A DNA stretch of 64,000 nt from Lama guanicoe. Lineage: Eukaryota. Positions 38,985 to 49,471 of the stretch are shown one piece after another (within the stretch, counting starts at the first letter, position 1; each line of letters begins with the position of its first letter). The DNA is taken from contig MU054338.1 of the NCBI GenBank assembly GCA_013239625.1, forward strand, positions 1,118,001-1,182,000, written 5' to 3'. Below the pieces are notes generated by a model. That model was given only the letters and a program-made list of their open reading frames with translations, was not told the origin of the DNA and did no database searches. The translations under genes were made by a program, and so were the position numbers.

Positions 38985-39525
38985 TTTTCTGAGATACGTG
39001 TCACACGCCTTGCGGTTTGTCCACTTAGAGCGTACATTTTAGCCTTTTTCAGTATATTTACAATGTCGTGCAACCATCACCTCTGTCTCGTTCCAGAACA
39101 TTCCATCATCTCAGAAAGCAGCCCCGTCCCCATTAGCATCATCTCCCTCCCCCTCCCCAGCCCATGCCAACCAGGAACCCCCTCCCTGTGTCTGGGGACT
39201 GGCCTGTTCTGGATGCCTCACATCCATGGACTCACACACTGTGTGTCCTTCAGTGTCTGCTTCTCTCCCTGGGCGTCGTGCTCTCAGGGTCCGTCCAGGG
39301 TGTCAGGGCTGCTCTCCTGGTCACTGCTGAGCGATGCTCCTGTGTGTGGGGAGACATTTTGTTTATCCGTCCATCTTTTGGCAGGGGTTGTTGCTGCATT
39401 TTGACTGCTGTGAAGTGTGTGGCTCTGAACATTTGTGTGCAGGTTTCTGCATGGACGTGTGTTTTAAGTTCTTCAGGGTCCACATCTAGGAGTGGAGTGG
39501 CGTTGCAGGGTCAGATGGTGACCCC
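38985..39525 (-). mobile_element. L1MB-like 3' end, GC-enriched copy A
   Basis: caaccatcacctctgtctcgttccagaacattccatcatc...gactggcctgttctgga; homologous to 34130-34755. Confidence 0.7.
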
Positions 39526-40285
39526 TGTGGTTTTTATTTTTCCTCTCTAGGAGTCAGCAGTCCGGCCAGCAGTGTCCCCATGGCAGCCTCCTTTATTTAC
39601 CGCGTGTTTTTTTTTTAAGCAGACAGAGGTTGTGCCCTCGGAGGGACAAACAGGACTGTGTCTGTCTTGTCCCGGAGACACTGGGAGCTTTTGTGGCCTG
39701 GGACAGGCAGTGGGGCCAGGGCGTCCCAGGCGTGGTGTGTGCCGGGCGCGCGGATTTGGAATCTGAGGTCCTGCCTGGCACGGCTGTGCTGGGTGTACCA
39801 GGGCCGCTCCATGCCTGCCACTTCTCAGAGCTGCCGGCGGCCCCCTGTTCTGAGTGTCTGCCACGCTTGTATTGTGGGCTCAGGACACGTTATGGTGGGT
39901 GGGGACCGCACACGCCCTCTGAGGGTGGCGGGTTGCGGATTGAGCCGGGGAGCATCACAGCAGTAAAAGCCCCAGCGGTGAAGTGGTTTCAGCACTTCCC
40001 TGTCCGTGGGCAAGTGCTGGGAGCGGCTGGCCCACCCGAGACGCTGCCGGGGCGGTGCAGCCTGGGCGGGCGGTGCTTCTCTGGGGTCCCTCAAGGAGGT
40101 TCGTTTCTAACACCGCCCTAGGCAGTCCTGCCCAGTAGCAGTGTCACACGAGACACGTATATGACGTCGAGTTTTTAGAAACCGCTTTTTTGAAAAGTAC
40201 AAAGAAACAGGTGACGTTAACTCTAACGATACATTTATTTACCCCGAAACACGTGAAGTATCCCCGCCTCCTCATGTAGTCCGCA

Positions 40286-40416
40286 CAGTCGTCCATCGAT
40301 ATCTGTGGGGGATTGGTTCCAGGACCCCTGAGGATAACGGAATCCGTGGGTGTCAGGTGGCCAAATACAGCTGGTCGTCGGTATCTGGATTTTTCGTGGG
40401 TGCGGAGGGCTAACTG
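40286..40416 (+). mobile_element. MER2/Tigger-like MITE remnant
   Basis: cagtcgtccatcgatatctgtgggggattggttccaggacccc ... gtgcggagggctaactg followed by TA. Confidence 0.6.
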
Positions 40417-40739
40417 TACAAACAAAACCCACCAAGACCGTTCACGTCCTTTTGTCATAAGTCTCTGGAATCTAGTGTGCGTCTCCACTCACAGCACGTC
40501 TCAAAGGAAAAAAGGGAGAAACACCGGAACTGGGGTGGTTCAAACTGCGTGCAAACCAGGAGTCAGCAGGACCTGAGTGAGAGCGTGACCACTGCTGCGG
40601 TTCACGGGGGCCGAGCTCTCCGCTGAGCCTCCAGACCCTGCAGGCTCCTGGGACCCGCTCTCCAGCCTAGCCAGGCCTCCACGCTGACGGATGATGCTCT
40701 GCTCCGGTCTCTGTCTCCCACAGTCGGAGCCACGCCAGG

Positions 40740-41795
40740 ATGGACCCCGCCCTGGGCATCGCAGAGCCGCATGTGGACGAGAAGGCAGGGAGTCCCGAGC
40801 GAGAGCCCGCGCCATGGCAAGCCCTCCCGGTCCTGTCCGAGCAGCAATCTGGGGATGTGGAGCTGGTGCTGGCGTATGCCGCGCCCATCCTGGACAAACG
40901 CCAGACCTCGCGCCTCCTCAAGGAGGTGTCAGCCGTCCACCCACTACCTGCACAGCCTCACCTCAAAAGGGTGCGGCCCAGCCAGGACCCCAGCTGCCCA
41001 CATGCACTGGAGATGCTGCTGTGCCTGGCGGGGCCAGCTGCGGGCACACGATCGCTGGCTGAGCTCCTCCCGGAGCCGGCCGTGGACCCCCGTGGCCTGG
41101 GACAGCCCTTCCTGGTGCCTGTGCCTGCCCGGCCGCCCCTGACCAGGGGCCAGTTCGAGGAGGCACGCGCCCACTGGCCCACGAACTTCCACGAGGACAG
41201 GGAGGTGACCCGAGCCCTGTCTGGGCAGCTCTTCTCAGCACAGGAACGGGCCACTATGCATGGCCACATGGAGCGGGCTGTGTGGGCGGCTCAGCAGGCT
41301 GCCTCCAGGGGCCTGAGGGCTGTGGGGGCGGTGGTGGTGGACCCGGCCTCGGGCCGCGTGCTGGCCACGGGCCATGACTGCCGCGGCGCAGCCCGCCCCC
41401 TGCTGCACGCCACCATGGTGTGCATCGACCTGGTGGCCCAGGGCCAGGGCCGTGGCACCTATGACCTTGTGCCCCACCCCGCCTGCTCCTTCGCCCCGGC
41501 CAACGCCCCCCAGAGTGTCCGTGCGGGCTCTGTGCGCAAGCTGGATGAGGACACGGATGGCCTCCCCTACGTGTGCACCGGCTACGACCTGTACATCACC
41601 CGCGAGCCCTGCGCCATGTGCGCCATGGCCCTGGTGCACTCCCGCGTGCGACGTGTCTTCTATGGGGCGCCCTCGCCCGACGGCGCGCTGGGCACCCGCT
41701 TCCGCATGCACGCCCGGCCAGACCTCAACCACCGCTTCCAGGCCTTCCGCGGGGTGCTGGAGGCCCAGTGCCGCCAGCTGGACCCTGACCCGTAG
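40740..41795 (+). CDS. ADAT3: tRNA-specific adenosine-34 deaminase non-catalytic subunit ADAT3, 351 aa, single coding exon
   Basis: [25 protein letters not shown]-domain; [10 protein letters not shown] (V128); deaminase motifs [10 protein letters not shown] and [15 protein letters not shown]-terminal LNHRF. Acceptor tctcccacag| at 40723. Confidence 0.97.
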   Translation: MDPALGIAEPHVDEKAGSPEREPAPWQALPVLSEQQSGDVELVLAYAAPILDKRQTSRLLKEVSAVHPLPAQPHLKRVRPSQDPSCPHALEMLLCLAGPAAGTRSLAELLPEPAVDPRGLGQPFLVPVPARPPLTRGQFEEARAHWPTNFHEDREVTRALSGQLFSAQERATMHGHMERAVWAAQQAASRGLRAVGAVVVDPASGRVLATGHDCRGAARPLLHATMVCIDLVAQGQGRGTYDLVPHPACSFAPANAPQSVRAGSVRKLDEDTDGLPYVCTGYDLYITREPCAMCAMALVHSRVRRVFYGAPSPDGALGTRFRMHARPDLNHRFQAFRGVLEAQCRQLDPDP

Positions 41796-42069
41796 GCGCC
41801 TGGCCCTGAAGTTCCTCTGCTCCCTGCTGGCCCAGGCATCCCACATGGTCACGAGGGGACTGCCGTCCCTTCTCGATTTTAGAGACACGCGTGTCTCCTG
41901 GCCCCGGAGCCCCCACCACACTGTTCTGCCAGCGCATGGGGGCGTCCCTGCCTGGATGGGCTCCCCCGCCACTGGCCCAAGTGCAACGGGGGTTCAGCCG
42001 GCGAAGCCCCGGGTCCTCGGGACTGTGTCCCCTTTTGTCAGGTGTCAGAAGACAGTTCTGATGTGTGAC

Positions 42070-42075
42070 AATAAA
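42070..42075 (+). terminator. ADAT3: ADAT3 polyadenylation signal (AATAAA)
   Basis: 275 nt after the stop codon, followed by GU-rich ggttggtgtctgttg. Confidence 0.85.
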
Positions 42076-43406
42076 CAACTTAAAACCAGGTTGGTGTCTG
42101 TTGACAGAGGTATGAGGCTGTGGTGGCCACTGGTCCCTGGATCCGGGGGGTGACCGCTTTCCTGATGCCTGGGTTTGTACTGGGGAGACGAGCGTCTGAG
42201 CCGAGTGTGGGCAGAGCTGGGCCCCCCAGGTCTGGAAGCGTGAGGCTGGACTCCAGGGAAGAGCCCCGCCAACCTGGACATCAATTTCCTGACTGTCCAA
42301 GGAGGCCAGTGGACCCCTAGAAGGGTGGGTGGGGGTCTGCTCCACAGTGGCCCTCTTGTCCATCCAGCAAACTCACGTTGACTGAGCACATGGTGGGTGG
42401 CTTAGGGCCCTGAGACATCTCTGCCCTGAGCCCACCCTCGAGCCCCTAGCCCTTCCCAGCCCATGGGGGCAGGGCAGGTGGAGGGTCTCAGCCAGAGCCA
42501 GTGTGGTGGGCGCGCTGGATGGACGGTCGGGCAGGGCAGTGAGCCCGCTGGGCCTGCAGACAGGACAGGGCCGGGCGGGGCTGCAGGTCCCAGTGGGGCT
42601 GGAGAGTGGACCGAGGGAACTCTCGATCACTAGAACCTTCTCACCTGAATTGCCTCCCCCACTTGCTCCAGGGCCAGGTGCTGGGGACAGTTGAGGCCCA
42701 GCTGTGCCATGAGGGCCAGGCAGATTTCCCAAACAGGGTACCGCCCACCCACAGGGCCCTTGTGGAACCGCTGAATCCCCCACAGTGATGTGCCTTGCTG
42801 GTGCCTCCTGTGAGGGGCTGCTCTGTGAAACAGGCTCCTGGGCTCCCTCTGGGCAGGACTGCTGGGAGTCAAGCCCATCTGCAAGTGTTTCACTTGGGTT
42901 GCAGTGGGGTCCTTGGCCCTGCAAAGCTCCAGGGGCAAAAACTGCAGACCAGAGAGGTTGTGTGACTTGCCTGAGGTCACACAGCAAGGAGCATGAACTT
43001 AGTTCTTGGTGAATCAGATCCCCTGGGGCCGTAGGAGGCACGCAGAGCCGTCTGTAGGTAATGGGGAAGTTTGGGAGGGTAAGGAGGTGGGAGGGCAGCG
43101 GGGGTGAGTGTCTGGGATCCCAGGAACATCCGGGCTCTGGCCCGATGCCTCCCCTCAAGTCAGTGCAAAAGCTGCCTGGGGCCTCTGAGGTGAAGAGGTG
43201 GCGGGTCACACACTTGAGGCTGGCCTTTGGGCCAAGAGCCCAGACACCCCTGTGGACAGTCTGGAGGTTAGGGCTGTCCTTGAGGCGGCCGCCTGGGCCT
43301 GCAGCTGGCGTCGGGGTCCCCTAGCAGTGATGAGGACTCCCTAACTATGGCTGTCTCCTCCCCAGGTGGCTGCAGGCTTCCACCCCGCCCTGTCTTCACA
43401 GCGGAA

Positions 43407-43413
43407 ATGTCAG
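43407..43413 (+). CDS. SCAMP4: SCAMP4 exon 2 coding part (ATG TCA G); exon spans 43366-43413
   Basis: Acceptor ctcctccccag|, gaaATGTCAG|GTGAGT donor; the phase joins the next exon to give MSGKENNF. Confidence 0.9.
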
Positions 43414-43759
43414 GTGAGTCTTGCCCGCTGGCCCCATGGTGAAGATTCCAGCGTCTCTGTCCCTCTGGGAAGTGCCCCAGGTGGCTGGACTCACGTTGAC
43501 CCCTGAGGGCGTAGCCTCTGTCCTCCCACGCGGGGTTGATGGGGTTGCTCCTGGCACTGAGCCGGACGATGGGGAGACAGCCCTCATGGTGAGCGGCCAG
43601 CTTGGGCGTCTGGCAGCAGAGGTGACAGGGTGCCGCCTGGTCGCTCTTATGTGGGCAGAGGTGAGCGGCTCCAGGCTGTGCCCACATATCCGTGCTGTGA
43701 TTGGAACCATGTCCCCTACGAGGTCCACCTGGGTGCCCGCTGCGGCTGCCTTCAAACAG

Positions 43760-44100
43760 CCACACGCAAGTCCTGACCCCAGGACCCGGGAAGCGGACTT
43801 TGTCAGCAGTGTAATTGTAAGACGAGTTGCACTGGAGTAGGGGTCCCTGCTGTAGAGTGACAGACGTCCTAAGAAGGGGGAGATTTGGACACAGACGCGA
43901 TGAAGCTGTGGAAGGTGGAGGCAGAGACCTGAGTGATGCTGCCACGTGCGCAGGATGCCCGGGGCCCCAGGAGCCAGAGGAGGCAGGAGGGGCCCTCGCC
44001 CGGAGCCTCCAGAGGGAGCGCGGCCCTGCTCACCTGCATCTGGGTTGCCTGGCTTTCAGGATGGGGATGGGACTCATTTCTGTTGTGCTAAGCTGCCCCT
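43760..44100 (+). mobile_element. MLT1-like MaLR LTR
   Basis: gtcctaagaagggggagatttggacacag...gatgctgccac...ggagcctccagagggagcgcggccctgc...atttctgttgtgctaagc. Confidence 0.65.
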
Positions 44101-44174
44101 GCCAGAAGCTCATATTCCAAGGGCTAGACCCTTCCTGGGAGCCCCAGGTGTGAACAGCGTTTGGGCTCTGCCAT

Positions 44175-44585
44175 CGAGTCTGTGTACTCCTGGAACTGCT
44201 CTAAGAAATCGTCACAAACACAGTGATGGAAGCAGAATTTGTTCTCTGACCGTCCTGGAGGTCAGGGGTCCTACTCAGGCCTCATGGAGCTCAATCCAGG
44301 CGTGGGCGGGGCTGGTCCCTCCGGAGGCTCCAGGGAGAAGCGGCTCCTGCCTCTTCCAGCTTCTAGAGGCGCCGCACCCCTGGCTCGCGGCCCCTCCGTG
44401 TATCCTCACCGCCAGCAGCGCAGCATCCGCCGTCTCTTTGACTCTGACCTCCAGCCTCTCTCTGATGAGGACCTTGTAAGGACACGGTTCTCCTGGGAAT
44501 CCAGGGTCACCCCCATCCCAGGGGCCTTAACTTAATCCTGCCTGCAGAGTCCCCTCTGCCCCGTGAGGTGACGCGTCCTGGGGCC
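44175..44585 (-). mobile_element. MLT1-like MaLR LTR, copy 1 of a near-identical pair
   Basis: ctggaggtcag...ggctggtccctccggaggctccagggagaa...ttccagcttctagagg...ccttaacttaatc. Confidence 0.7.
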
Positions 44586-44636
44586 GTCACAAGCTGGCTG
44601 CAGCCCGGGCTTAGCTCAAGGCCGTGTGTCCTGCAG

Positions 44637-44765
44637 GCAAGGAGAACAACTTCCCCCCGCTGCCCAAGTTCATCCCCCTGAAGCCCTGCTTCTACCAGAA
44701 CTTCTCTGACGAGATCCCCATCGAGCACCAGGTCCTGGTGAAGAGGATCTACCGGCTGTGGCTGT
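44637..44765 (+). CDS. SCAMP4: SCAMP4 exon 3
   Basis: [42 protein letters not shown]; 129 nt; AG/GT boundaries. Confidence 0.96.
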
Positions 44766-44951
44766 GTGAGTGTGAGGAGAGGGTTCCCTGGCACCACTCG
44801 GAGACCCCAGCTTGGGAGTTGCCCTGGCCCAGGTGGTGAGAGCCTGAGGCTTTTGTAGTAAGCTCCCTTCTGGCTGGAGCCTGGTGTGGATGGAGTGGGC
44901 AGGGTGGCTGGATGCCCCAGCCCGGCTCAGGGCCCCTCCCTGCCCCCCCAG

Positions 44952-45108
44952 TCTACTGTGCCACCCTGGGTGTCAACCTTGTCGCCTGCCTCGCCTGGTG
45001 GATCGCCGGCGGCTCCGGCGCCAACTTCGGCCTGGCCCTGATCTGGCTGCTGCTCTTCTCCCCCTGTGGCTACGTGTGCTGGTTCCGGCCCGCCTACAAG
45101 GCCTTCCG
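44952..45108 (+). CDS. SCAMP4: SCAMP4 exon 4 (TM1-2 and E peptide)
   Basis: [16 protein letters not shown]...[15 protein letters not shown]; 157 nt; CG|GTAAGT donor. Confidence 0.96.
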
Positions 45109-45364
45109 GTAAGTCGGGGCTCCGTGGCCTGCACCCTAGAGGGGCTCTCAGGGTGTCCAGTATAGGGGAGGGAACAGGACATCTCCCCTTGGGCATGCTT
45201 ACCTCCACCCAAACCCCGTGGAGGACCACGCCCCCATGCCCCAGTCTGCACCTGTCGCCCAGGCCCAAGTGTCAGCATAGTCCCTTCCTCTGGTCCATCT
45301 TGGACAGCATTTTGCATCAGGCTCTGTAGACGGCGGCCCACAGGCCACATCCAGCTGTTGTCTG

Positions 45365-45820
45365 TGTTTGCTTTTAATGAGTTACACTGAGGTGTACTTC
45401 ACCTATCGCTCAACTCACCTCAACAATGCAATGTTTCTACTGTCTTCACGAGGTTGGACAACCATCATCTCTAATCCAGAACATTCCATCACTCCAAAAG
45501 AAGCCCTGTCCCCACCAGCAGTCACCCCCCCAGCCCCCCCCCAGCCCTGACAGCCAGGAGCCTGTGTCTGCGGACTGGCCTGTTCCGGACGCCTCGCGTC
45601 CACGGACTCGCACACTGCGTGTCCTCCTGTGTCTGCTTCTCTCCCTGAGCTCGTGCTCTCAGGGCCCGGCCCCGTGGAGCGGGTGTCAGGGCTGCTCTCC
45701 TGTGCGTGGCCGAGTGACGTTCCCATGTGTGGAGGGACCACGTTTCTTTATCCATCATCCGTTGATGGACACTTGAGTTGTTGCCATCTTTTGGCTGCTG
45801 TGAATCTTTCTCTGTGAACA
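45365..45820 (-). mobile_element. L1MB-like 3' end, GC-enriched copy B
   Basis: accatcatctctaatccagaacattccatcactcc...gactggcctgttccgga...gttgatggacacttgagttg. Confidence 0.7.
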
Positions 45821-46422
45821 CTCCCCCCCCACCCCGCCCAGTGTGTGCTGTTTGCCCCCTGGGTGGTCCCCGATCCCAGACTCTCAGACTGAGTCAGGGC
45901 CCTGATGGTCTCCTGGAGACAAGAACCAGAAACCCACTCACATGTGCTGAAGCTGACGTCCCAGGCTGGCTTGGGCGACTGCATGCAGGGACGGACCCCA
46001 CAGGCTCCTGCCCCTCGCCTACCCCCAGCTGTGGGTCCCCCCAGCCCCTGCCCCCACTCCATGGACTGGGAGGGGCCTGAGCCACGGCCCCTGCAGCCTT
46101 CCCTCGTCTAGGGCCGGGACAGGAGCCCAGCGTGGAGAGTGTCTCGAATCTACCATTAACCTCCCAGGTTAACATCTGCTGATCGCGTGCCCTGCCGGTG
46201 CGGTCATATCCTCGGTGTAGGAAGGTGTCTGGAATTCCGCCCCAGTGGGGACGTGTTAGGTGTGGCGTTCCCTCTGAGCCGAGTGGGCCCCTCACGGTCC
46301 GGCTCCGCAGCCTGTGCCAGGCCCCCCTCCTCGGGCCCCCTATCCTTGAGCCCCTCCACCTTGCCCCCCATTTCAGGTCCCCTCTCCTCAGGCTGTGGTA
46401 ATGCTGCTTTCCTTCCCTTTAG

Positions 46423-46524
46423 GTCTGACAGCTCCTTCAACTTCATGGCGTTTTTCTTCATCTTTGGAGCCCAATTTGTCCTGACCATCATCCAGGCCAT
46501 TGGCCTCTCGGGTTGGGGCGCGTG
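46423..46524 (+). CDS. SCAMP4: SCAMP4 exon 5
   Basis: [33 protein letters not shown]; 102 nt. Confidence 0.96.
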
Positions 46525-46914
46525 GTAAGCAGGGCCCCTGAGAGCCCAGGACTAGCGTCACCTGTGATGCGTGTCGCGTGTGTGAACACAAGTCACACAC
46601 AGGTGCCGTTAGTGTGGGCCGAGGGCTGCAAGGAGGACCCGTAAGACCAGCGGCTGGAGGTGGGCCGACGTTTGCACCTGTCAGCCCTCCAGGGAGGTGC
46701 TAGGTCGGGGCATCTGGTCTGCAGTCACCGGGGGCCTGAGTGCAGAGGTTCCGCTGGCCTTCTGCCAGCTGGTTCGTGGTCACCCGACCACAGGGGATGT
46801 GGGGCGTGGTCAGTGTGTGTCCCAGGGGAGCGGTCAGAGAGCAGTTGAGGGCCTGCGGCCCCCCCGCCCTGTCAAGGGTAAGAGCTGTCACCTGTGTGTT
46901 TGCCTTTGGGGTCA

Positions 46915-47330
46915 CATATGAGCTTTCTGTGGCCACTGTGACAAATTACTCCTAATTCAGTGGCTTGAACTGAAACAGACTTCTCATCTCAGTCCTGGAG
47001 GTCAGAGCGCCCGGGGCTAAAACCCAGGCGTGGCCACGGCTGGTCCCTCCGGAGGCTCCAGGGAGAAGCAGCTCCTGCCTTTTCCAGGTTCTAGAGGCAC
47101 CACTTTCCTGACTCTCGGCCCCCCCCTCCATCCTCACCGCCAGCAGCGCAGCATCTTCCCTCTCTGACTCTGACCCTCCCGCCTCCCTCTGATGACCCTG
47201 TGAAGACACGGATTCCCCCAGGGAATCCAGGGTCACCCCCATCCCAGGGGCCTTAACTTAATCCCGCCTACAGGGTCGTCTCTGCCCCGTGAGGTGACAG
47301 GTCGCAGGTCCCGGAGCAGGACGTGGGTGC
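46915..47330 (-). mobile_element. MLT1-like MaLR LTR, copy 2 of the near-identical pair
   Basis: tatgagctttctgtggccactgtgacaaattac...; shares long exact blocks with 44175-44585. Confidence 0.7.
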
Positions 47331-47479
47331 TGTGAGTTGTCTCCACTGCCAGCGCCCGGCAGGACGCACCACAGTGATCTCTTCCTGCCTGTGTGTGCTG
47401 CCATGTGTCCCCACGTGTCTTGGTTGAATTCTCGTGCATGCTAAGCCCCTGCTCTACCACTGAGCTATACCCTCCCCAC

Positions 47480-48065
47480 CCTTTTTTTAAATTGAGATGG
47501 ACTTAACATACAGTTTTCCATCTTTAAGTGCACAATTTAGTGTCATTTAGTACATTTGCAGTGCTGTGCACCATCACCTCTATCTAGTTCTAGAACAGAT
47601 CATCACTCCAAAAGGAGGGCCCGTCCCCATCAGCAGTTGACGTTCCCCAACCCCTGACAACCAGGAGCCCCCTCTCTGTGGACTGGCCTGTTCTGGACGT
47701 CTCACATCCGTGGACTCACACGCTGTGTGTCCTCCTGTGTCTGCTTCTCTCCCTGAGCACCGTGCTCTCAGGGTCCGTCCACATGGGAGCGGTGTCAGGG
47801 CTGCTCTCCTGGTCACAGCCGAGCGACGCTCCCGTGTATGGTGGGACGCGGCCTGTGTGCCCACTGCCTGTGGAGGGACACTTGGGCGGCTGTGCTGCTT
47901 TGCTGCTGTTAGTGGTCCTGCTGTGAGGCTCCTGTTTCTGTGTGCACGTGTGTTTCTTTGTTTCTCCGGGCACGCCTGGTCGTGGACCCGCTGGGCGACA
48001 CAGTAGTGATGTTGACCTTCTGAGGAGCTGCCAGGCCCTCCCGCCGCTTCTGCAGACTGCGTCCC
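47480..48065 (-). mobile_element. L1MB-like 3' end, GC-enriched copy C (preceded by a partial SINE at ~47420-47480)
   Basis: accatcacctctatctagttctagaaca...gactggcctgttctggacg...ttctgaggagctgccagg. Confidence 0.7.
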
Positions 48066-49353
48066 TTGTTCTGTCCTTTAGCACCTTCTGTCCCCATGTC
48101 CCTGGTTCTAGCGCCTGGAGCTACTGGCCAAGTGGCCCAGTGGGAGCTCCTGGTGCCCGTGTCCCCTCCCTGACCCTCATCTCTCCCAGCAGTGCGCCCC
48201 ACCCCCACCCAGGGGACAGCTGGCTCACATGTACCTCGGTCCGTCGCTGGCGGAGGCCGGTTTCCAGCCGTAATAAGTGAGCTTGTTCCCTGGAAGGGGC
48301 GGCCGCAGTCCCTCCCAGGCATGTCTGGGGCCTGGTGCCATGGAGCAGGCTCCCTGTTCTCCATCCCCACCCTCCCCAGACGACTGCCCAGCCAGCCTCG
48401 TGTTCAGAGCACCAGATCCAATGGGAGATCTTTCCGTCCTCTCCGTGACCTTCCTGCAGCAGAGCTGGCCCCCCCCCCACCCGGAGCCCAGGGACTGGCA
48501 TCCTGCCCCCTGACCCAGCCCCAGCTGCCTGTCCACCCGCCTAGTACCCCTGCAGCCGCCCGGCTGTGCTCACACCCCTCAGAGCACGGTGCAGCGTGCG
48601 TCCTCGTTCCGCAGGGAGGTGGGGCGGCATTGGCGTGTGCGTGCAGTACACGGTTTTACAGACTCCCTGGAAGGGTCCACAGCAGGTGAGCCATACTGCT
48701 TCCCTCTGGGCGGGGGAGGGGGTCGCCAGGAGAGAGTTTATTATATTCTTTCCAGTTTCCTGAGTCTTGAACCGCGTCTTTATTACGTGCTAAGAAAAAA
48801 ATTCTCAGAAATACTGTACGTCTTGCCTCCCCCCCCAGAGGCAATTGTGGAGATGAGATAAATGTTCTTCCATGTGGGCCGATGATGTGACGTGGTTCAG
48901 GTCTCTCTCATCTTAACGCCTCCTTAGTGTGACTTAGGTTCCTGGTGGTCCCAGCAGGTGGACATTCACATCCTCCCCGGCTTTTCCTTGTTGCAGACAG
49001 TGGCCGTGGCTTAGATTCTTGCAAGTAAAATAGCCAGGAAGAAGGAATAAACATTCAGATCTTGTTACAGGGCAGTGCCCCGCTGCTGACAGTAGTTTGT
49101 TTCTTCGACCCCTTGCACACGAGGTTTGCCCACACGACGGTGTAAAGACTGCACCTTTTCTAACTTGCACATCTTCATTTGTGGGTTTGAGTGTCATTCT
49201 CTAAGCTCTCTGGCCCCAAGGTAGTTGTCTACGAATTGCTCACTACGTTTTTCTTGTTGATTTGCCGGAGCTCTTTACATATGAGGGATGGTGGGATGCT
49301 GGGCTGGTGTCTGGTGGTCGTGCTGGCTCCCACATTAGCTCTTGCCCCTGCAG

Positions 49354-49471
49354 CGGTTGGCTGGCAGCAGTCGGGTTCTTCCAGACCAGCGTTGGGGCTG
49401 CCGTGGTCATGCTGCTCCCAGCCATCATGTTCTCTGTGTCGGCTATAATGATGGCCATCGTGATCATGAAG
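49354..49471 (+). CDS. SCAMP4: SCAMP4 exon 6
   Basis: GWLAAVGFFQTSVGAAVVMLLPAIMFSVSAIMMAIVIMK; 118 nt; AAG|GTGAGT donor. Confidence 0.96.

Noticed and set aside
41235..42363. Long antisense and alternative-frame ORFs over ADAT3
   Set aside because: Expected shadow of high GC3 codon usage.
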